Positions 58,342 to 64,000 of a DNA stretch of 64,000 nt are shown piece by piece. This DNA is from Blautia sp. (GTDB taxonomy: Bacteria; Bacillota; Clostridia; Lachnospirales; Lachnospiraceae), in NCBI RefSeq assembly GCF_034090745.1, contig NZ_JAXDRZ010000008.1, one strand, 5' to 3'. A program made the position numbers and the translations under genes. The notes beneath the pieces are model-generated. The model ran no database searches. It saw nothing but the letters and a program-made list of their open reading frames with translations, and was not told the origin of the DNA. Every line of letters starts with the position of its first letter. The stretch's first letter is position 1.

Positions 58342-60521
58342 AAGAAAAGATCGGACAGGTGACTCTGGATGATACCTGTTATCCAGGGCAGGATTTATAC
58401 AGTGACGGAATTGTAGAGGATGAAATGCTGGAGATTGCCAGAACATACCCGGAGGAGGAATGGAACCGGGTGATCGCCCAGCGGAAAAGCTGGCCCATCC
58501 TTTATCATTTCTCGCATGTAAGAGAAAATATTTTAAGCTGGCTTCCTTTTACCGGACAGGAAAGTGTATTGGAAATCGGTTCCGGCTGCGGAGCGATTAC
58601 AGGTGCCCTTTGCAAAAAAGCAAAAAAGGTCACCTGTATCGAGCTTTCAAAAAAAAGAAGTGAGATCAATGCCTGGAGACACAGAGACTGTGAGAATCTG
58701 ACCATTCTTATGGGGAATTTCCAGGAGATCGAGCCTGCGCTGACGGAGAAGTATGATTACATTACTCTGATCGGCGTTTTTGAGTATGGGGAAAATTATA
58801 TCCAGAGCGAAACTCCTTATGTGGATTTTCTCAGAACTATTGCCCGTCATCTGAAGCCGGAGGGAAAGATCATTCTTGCCATTGAAAACCGTTTTGGACT
58901 GAAATACTGGGCAGGCTGCACGGAAGATCATTTTGGAACTTTATTTGAGGGACTGGAAGGATATCCTTCCACAAAAGGCGTTAAGACCTTTACGAAAAAG
59001 GAACTGACAGATATTCTGGAAAAAGCGGGAAATCTCAAGGCAAGCTGGTATTATCCATTTCCGGATTACAAGCTTCCCATGACCATATATTCTGACAGAC
59101 GTCTTCCTCTGAAGGGAGAACTGAACCGAATGGAAACAAACTTTGACAGACTGAGACTTCAGCTGTTTCAGGAATCCTCGGTATATGACTCGCTTCTGGA
59201 TAACCATATGTTTCCGGAATTTTCCAACTCGTTCCTTTTGCTGATCGGAAAAGAGGAACTCCGGCCGGAGGTAGTCTATTCTAAATTTTCCAATGAGAGG
59301 GACCAGCGGTTTGCCCTTCGGACAGACATCTGTGAACCGGGACGGTATGAGAGATATGTACGGAAGCTTCCGGTAGTGCCAAAGGCAGAGGAGCATGTAA
59401 AGAATCTGGAACGGATCCAGAGAGAATTGAATACGATTTATGAAAAAGAAGGTATTGAGCTGAATAACTGCCGGTTTGAGCAGGGAGCGGCAAAACTGGA
59501 ATATCTGGAGGGGGTAACTCTGGAGGAAAAACTGGATATGCTTCTGGAACAGGGAAAATATCAGGAACTGGAAGAGCTGTTTTTCTTTTATCTGAGAAAG
59601 ATACGCAGTCTTCACTGCAAGGAAAAGTTCAGAAAGACACCGGAGTTTATTCAGGTATTTGGCGATGCGCCTCTTGAGGGAGAATATGATGCCTCCGGCA
59701 TGTCTAATATTGATCTTGTTCCGGCAAACCTTCTGATTCAGAGGGACAGACAGGTAGTCATTGATTATGAATGGACCTTCCGTTTTCCGATTCCTGCGGA
59801 TTTCATTCAGTACCGGATGATTCATTATTATCTGGAAAGCGACGGCAAACGTCATGTTCTGAAGAACCGGAATTTTTACGGAAAAGCCGGGATCACGGAA
59901 AAAGACATGGAAATTTACAGGGAAATGGAACGGAACTTCCAGAACTATATGAAAGGAGATCATGTTCCCCTTCTGGAGCTTTATGAAGAGGTTTCTCCGG
60001 GGAAAGTGGAGATCCTGCCATATTATGAGCAGATGAGGCTTGCAGGAGCAGAAAGAAGGCTTCAGGTATTTTATGACCGGGGAGAAGGCTTCCGGGAGGA
60101 GGATTCAGCCGTTTATCCTATGAGCAGAGAAGGACTGGATCTGGAGATCAGAATTCCGGCAGGCGTACACAGACTGCGTCTGGATCCGGGAGAAGCGGCA
60201 GGAGGACTGATTCTGAAGGAACTTTCTTATGAGGATGGAACGCCGGCAGATTTTACTGCAAACGGATTCCCCATGGGAGCAGGTGCATATTATTTCGGAG
60301 GCGGAGACCCTCAGTTTATAACAGGGGATGTTTCCGGAAAGACAAAGCTCTGTATCCGGATACGGACTATGAAAGAAACAGATGCAAGAAAAGATTTCTG
60401 GAAGAATTTTTCCAGAGTATCTGCCGAAAAGGATGCGGAAATCCGCAGACTGAATGAAAAGATTACCCAGATGGAAAATACAAAGATCTGGAAATTATAT
60501 AGAAGCATTAAGAAAAAATAA
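58338..60521 (+). CDS. SAM-dependent methyltransferase with kinase-like domain and short C-terminal coiled coil (WbdD-like)
   Basis: VLEIGSGCGAIT motif I; DLVPAN...IDYEW kinase-like motifs; EKDAEIRRLNEKITQMENTKIWK tail. Confidence 0.72.
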   Translation: MKEKIGQVTLDDTCYPGQDLYSDGIVEDEMLEIARTYPEEEWNRVIAQRKSWPILYHFSHVRENILSWLPFTGQESVLEIGSGCGAITGALCKKAKKVTCIELSKKRSEINAWRHRDCENLTILMGNFQEIEPALTEKYDYITLIGVFEYGENYIQSETPYVDFLRTIARHLKPEGKIILAIENRFGLKYWAGCTEDHFGTLFEGLEGYPSTKGVKTFTKKELTDILEKAGNLKASWYYPFPDYKLPMTIYSDRRLPLKGELNRMETNFDRLRLQLFQESSVYDSLLDNHMFPEFSNSFLLLIGKEELRPEVVYSKFSNERDQRFALRTDICEPGRYERYVRKLPVVPKAEEHVKNLERIQRELNTIYEKEGIELNNCRFEQGAAKLEYLEGVTLEEKLDMLLEQGKYQELEELFFFYLRKIRSLHCKEKFRKTPEFIQVFGDAPLEGEYDASGMSNIDLVPANLLIQRDRQVVIDYEWTFRFPIPADFIQYRMIHYYLESDGKRHVLKNRNFYGKAGITEKDMEIYREMERNFQNYMKGDHVPLLELYEEVSPGKVEILPYYEQMRLAGAERRLQVFYDRGEGFREEDSAVYPMSREGLDLEIRIPAGVHRLRLDPGEAAGGLILKELSYEDGTPADFTANGFPMGAGAYYFGGGDPQFITGDVSGKTKLCIRIRTMKETDARKDFWKNFSRVSAEKDAEIRRLNEKITQMENTKIWKLYRSIKKK

Positions 60522-60591
60522 ACTGCCGGAAATCCCAAAGATGGAAAAGAAATTCAGGGACAGCGGCAGTTCAGTCAGAATGAGGTAAAAC

Positions 60592-63009
60592 ATGGAAGAA
60601 TTGCGCTTCAGTGTGGATGAACAAAAATATGACGACAGGCACGGGCAGGTTCTGAGTCTTACAGGCTGGTATGTGCCGGCAGAGGGACAGACTCCGGAAT
60701 TCCGGTTTCTGGGAGACGGGAAGGAAATCGCCGTTCCGGCTCCGAAAAGATCCCCCAGACCTGATGTGGCCCAGGCTCTGGAACGTAATCTGGGACAGTT
60801 CCTTCCGGGGTTTACAGTTTGTATCCCGGAGGCGGACAGGCTTGCTGAAAAATATCATACCGTAGAACTGATCCTGACTGACGGTGCGGAGACTCATTCT
60901 GTCTGGAAAAAATCCAGAGAAGAGCTGGAAGCCTTTCTGCAGGAAAGCCTGCTGGAATATCATATGGACAGGGTGGAGATTCTGTATGACACCATGCTGG
61001 AAATTCAGGGCTGGGTGATGGATCAGAGAGGAGATGCGGCGGCAGAGCTTCTCAATGAGGATGAAAGTCCTGTTCCCTGCCGTATGAGCAGGGGAAGAAG
61101 ACCGGATGTAGTGGAACGAAGAGGGCTTGACGAAGAATATAAAAACCGGGAGATCGGATTCCGTATTTCTGCTACTCTGGATGAGATTGCAGGGAAAAAA
61201 GTCATTCTCCGGTTTACAGGCTCCTCTGTCCGGAAAGATCATGAGATCGATGTGCAGAAGCTTCTGAAGGATGGAAAGCCAAAGGGGATTCTGAATCGTT
61301 TTTTCCGACGTTCAGAAGAAAAGACAGGAGATTATGAGCAGTGGCTGAAGCGCCACAGTGTCAGCCGTTCCCGGATGTGGAAGCAGAAACATGTTAATTT
61401 TGATAAAAAACCGCTGATCAGCATTGTGATCCCGTTATATAATACGCCGCTTCCCTATCTGAAGGAACTGATCGAATCTGTAAGAAAACAGACTTACGGG
61501 AACTGGCAGCTGTGTCTGGCTGACGGAAGCCCGGATGATAAGGTATATGAATTTCTGAAGAAAAATTACAGGCATGAGGTTCGGATCAGTTATAAAAAAC
61601 TGAAGGAAAACGGGGGAATCTCCGTGAACACCAATAAGGCCATAGAGCTTGCAAGAGGGGAATACCTGATGCTCTGCGACCATGACGATACACTGGAGCC
61701 GGACGCACTTTACGAAATTGTAAAGGCGGTCAACGAGTATGAACATGCAGATGTGATCTATACAGATGAGGATAAGATCAGCATGGACGGCAGGCATTAT
61801 TTCGACCCTCATTTCAAATCGGATTTTAATCTGTTCCGGCTGAGAGAAAATAATTATATCTGCCATATTTTTGTGGTAAAAAGGCAGGTGGCGGAAAAAG
61901 CCGGATATTTCCGTAAAGAATTTGACGGGGCGCAGGATTTTGATTTTATTTTCCGCTGCTGCGAAAATGCCGCCGGAGTCATCCATATTCCCAGAGTGCT
62001 TTATCACTGGCGCTGCCATATGGATTCCACAGCTGCCGATCCGGAAAGCAAGGCATATGCGTTTGAAGCCGGAAGAAAAGCCGTGGAGGAGCATTACCGG
62101 AGAATGGAAATTCCTGCAAAGGTGGAGATGACACAGAGGCCGGGATGGTACCGGAGCCGGGTGGAGATTCAGGGAACACCAATGATCTCTGTGATCATCC
62201 CCAATAAAGATCATATTGACGATCTGGAACTGTGTCTTTCGTCTCTGACAGAGCGCAGTACTTACGAAAATTATGAGGTACTGATCGTAGAAAACAACAG
62301 TGAAGAGGCTGCCACCTTTGCGTATTATGAAAAGCTTCCCCAGCGTTTCCCGAAGGTGAGAATTCTTACCTGGGAAAAAGAATTTAATTATTCTTCTATC
62401 AATAATTTTGCAGCAGAACAGGCAAGAGGAGAATATCTGTTGTTTTTGAATAATGATGTGGAGATCCTGACGCCTGACTGGATGGAGGAGATGCTTCAGA
62501 TCTGTCAGCAGAAAGAGGTTTCCATAGTAGGAGCCAAGCTTTATTATCCGGACGATACCATTCAGCATGGGGGCGTAGTCATGGGGCTGGGCGGGATCGC
62601 CGGGCATATCATGTGCCGTGCATCCAGAGAGGATGAAGGATATTTTGGAAGGATGATCAGTGTCCAGGAGATCAGCGCAGTAACAGCAGCCTGCATGATG
62701 ATGAAAACAGAAGACTTCCGGAAAGTGGAAGGATTTGATGAGACCTTCCGGGTAGCGTTTAATGATATTGATCTCTGTATGAAAGTCAGGGCTCTTGGCA
62801 AAAAAGTGGTGTTTACCCCTTATGCAGAGCTGTATCATTATGAATCAAAATCCAGAGGCTTAGAGGACACGCCGGAAAAACAGTTCCGTTTTGAAAAGGA
62901 AATAAAAAGATTTCAGGAAAAATGGGGAGATCAGCTGAGAAAAGGCGATCCGTATTACAGTCCCAATCTGTCTGTAACAGAAGGAGACTGCTCCCTGAGA
63001 GAAAACTGA
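60592..63009 (+). CDS. Bifunctional GT2 glycosyltransferase (RgpE/WsaE-like) with N-terminal beta modules
   Basis: Two GT2 domains (SIVIPLYNT...CDHDD; SVIIPNKD...FLNND), YHWR and YHYESKSRG motifs. Confidence 0.88.
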   Translation: MEELRFSVDEQKYDDRHGQVLSLTGWYVPAEGQTPEFRFLGDGKEIAVPAPKRSPRPDVAQALERNLGQFLPGFTVCIPEADRLAEKYHTVELILTDGAETHSVWKKSREELEAFLQESLLEYHMDRVEILYDTMLEIQGWVMDQRGDAAAELLNEDESPVPCRMSRGRRPDVVERRGLDEEYKNREIGFRISATLDEIAGKKVILRFTGSSVRKDHEIDVQKLLKDGKPKGILNRFFRRSEEKTGDYEQWLKRHSVSRSRMWKQKHVNFDKKPLISIVIPLYNTPLPYLKELIESVRKQTYGNWQLCLADGSPDDKVYEFLKKNYRHEVRISYKKLKENGGISVNTNKAIELARGEYLMLCDHDDTLEPDALYEIVKAVNEYEHADVIYTDEDKISMDGRHYFDPHFKSDFNLFRLRENNYICHIFVVKRQVAEKAGYFRKEFDGAQDFDFIFRCCENAAGVIHIPRVLYHWRCHMDSTAADPESKAYAFEAGRKAVEEHYRRMEIPAKVEMTQRPGWYRSRVEIQGTPMISVIIPNKDHIDDLELCLSSLTERSTYENYEVLIVENNSEEAATFAYYEKLPQRFPKVRILTWEKEFNYSSINNFAAEQARGEYLLFLNNDVEILTPDWMEEMLQICQQKEVSIVGAKLYYPDDTIQHGGVVMGLGGIAGHIMCRASREDEGYFGRMISVQEISAVTAACMMMKTEDFRKVEGFDETFRVAFNDIDLCMKVRALGKKVVFTPYAELYHYESKSRGLEDTPEKQFRFEKEIKRFQEKWGDQLRKGDPYYSPNLSVTEGDCSLREN

Positions 63010-63024
63010 GAAACGAGGTTGGAT

Positions 63025-64000
63025 ATGTCAAGAGAGATTTTTGAGGTAACAAAGGACAGGTTCCATCTGAAGGATCCCTGCCAGTATATCCTGCAGGGAA
63101 CCTGGCCAAAGGAAGCAAAGATGCGCGCCTGTCTGGATGATTCTGAGATAAAGGCGGAGATCCGGAAGCTGGAGGTAGTCAGCGCTCTGGAACGATTTAA
63201 GGATCCGGATCTGATGCGGGGAGAGAGGATCACTGCCGCTGTGCAGCTTCCGGAATCTCTGGAAGGGCATCAGAAGCTGTCTGTTTATGCAGATATGCCG
63301 GATAAAACCATATGCTGGTTTTCTGTTTCCGTAAAGGAACTGGAAAAACGCCGTGGCAAGCCTCAGTTTTTTATCGAGGAAGAAAAGGTTCAGCAGGGAT
63401 TTTTACGGATCCGTGGCTGGGCTGTTGCGGATGAGCCGGTAAAGATCCAGATTTTTGATGAAAACAAACAGAAGCTTCATGCAGAAATCCTTCGTACTCA
63501 GAGAGTGGATGTGGAGCAGATGTATGAAGAGATGGATCACGAAGACAAGACAGGATTTTTTGCAGAACTGACCAACCTTACCGGAAAGCTGGTCTATGTG
63601 GTATTTTATGCAGGAGATACGAAATCAGTGCATATTGCCCATCTGAATCCGGCTGTGGTATTTCGTAAAAAGATCCAGAAGTATGCAAAGAAAGGTCTGC
63701 GCTACTGGAAGAGCCAGGGAAGCGCAGCTATGGTAGGAAAGATTGTTTCAAAGGTTAAGACTGCATCTACCAGAGAGATCCCTTATCAGAAATGGATCCT
63801 TCATCATTTTCCGGGAAATAAAGAACTGGAAAAACAGAGAAAAACAGTTTTTGACTATCAGCCAAAGATTTCAATTGTGATCCCTCTATATAAGACACCG
63901 GAAAAATATCTCCGTCAGCTGGTAGACACAGTAAAAGCCCAGACTTATACCAACTGGGAGCTTTGTCTTTCTGACGGAAGCGGAGAAGATTCTCCTATCC
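63025..64000 (+). CDS. GT2 glycosyltransferase, paralogous to the upstream gene; 3' end truncated by the window
   Basis: Open frame from ATG 63025 (MSREIFEVTK...) to the window end, reaching KISIVIPLYKTP...QTYTNWELCLSDGS; missing from the ORF track because it has no stop codon here. Confidence 0.85.
   Translation, partial: MSREIFEVTKDRFHLKDPCQYILQGTWPKEAKMRACLDDSEIKAEIRKLEVVSALERFKDPDLMRGERITAAVQLPESLEGHQKLSVYADMPDKTICWFSVSVKELEKRRGKPQFFIEEEKVQQGFLRIRGWAVADEPVKIQIFDENKQKLHAEILRTQRVDVEQMYEEMDHEDKTGFFAELTNLTGKLVYVVFYAGDTKSVHIAHLNPAVVFRKKIQKYAKKGLRYWKSQGSAAMVGKIVSKVKTASTREIPYQKWILHHFPGNKELEKQRKTVFDYQPKISIVIPLYKTPEKYLRQLVDTVKAQTYTNWELCLSDGSGEDSPI

Noticed and set aside
57286-58446. 386-aa minus-strand ORF
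   Set aside because: Antisense to wzt; no motifs.
58941-59963. 340-aa minus-strand ORF
   Set aside because: Antisense to the methyltransferase/kinase gene; no motifs.
61435-62838. 467-aa minus-strand ORF
   Set aside because: Entirely antisense to a motif-rich GT2 gene; no recognisable motifs or RBS; an antisense shadow.
1-64000. Mobile elements, prophage, defence systems, CRISPR arrays, tRNA/rRNA
   Set aside because: No transposase, integrase, phage, Cas or restriction-type proteins among the translated ORFs, and no cloverleaf, rRNA-like or repeat-spacer sequence noticed in the short intergenic gaps.

Overview
Chromosomal window from a spore-forming Firmicute; the gene set and order suggest Lachnospiraceae, Blautia-like (inference). 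From left to right: a DtxR/MntR-family regulator; a split LysO exporter; guanine deaminase plus an NCS2 permease under a purine riboswitch; an AI-2E transporter; divergent argG and argCJBD with ARG boxes; feoAB plus a Cys-rich small protein; a DMT transporter; comEA-response regulator-histidine kinase-GerMN lipoprotein-comEC-holA; a NiaR-controlled nadB-nadC-niaR-nadA operon; rpsT, gpr, spoIIP, lepA, hemW, uvrA, mreB-like, recD2 and comF; two membrane proteins with cdaA-cdaR-HPr; a large L,D-transpeptidase; then an ABC-transporter-dependent surface-glycan locus running off the right end. No rRNA, tRNA, CRISPR array, transposase or phage gene was recognised. The best candidate for an undescribed system lies inside the glycan locus (about 47.3-53.5 kb). 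It comprises an ATP-grasp ligase fused to a D-cysteine-desulfhydrase-family PLP domain, a second ATP-grasp, an ArnE/F-like SMR pair, an ArnC-like polyprenol-phosphate glycosyltransferase and a WecE-like aminotransferase. Together they look like a lipid-carried pathway that makes and exports an N-aminoacylated amino sugar. Downstream are a WbdD-like methyltransferase/kinase chain-capping protein and a Wzt with a C-terminal extension. All product calls come from motif recognition by eye; no searches were run.
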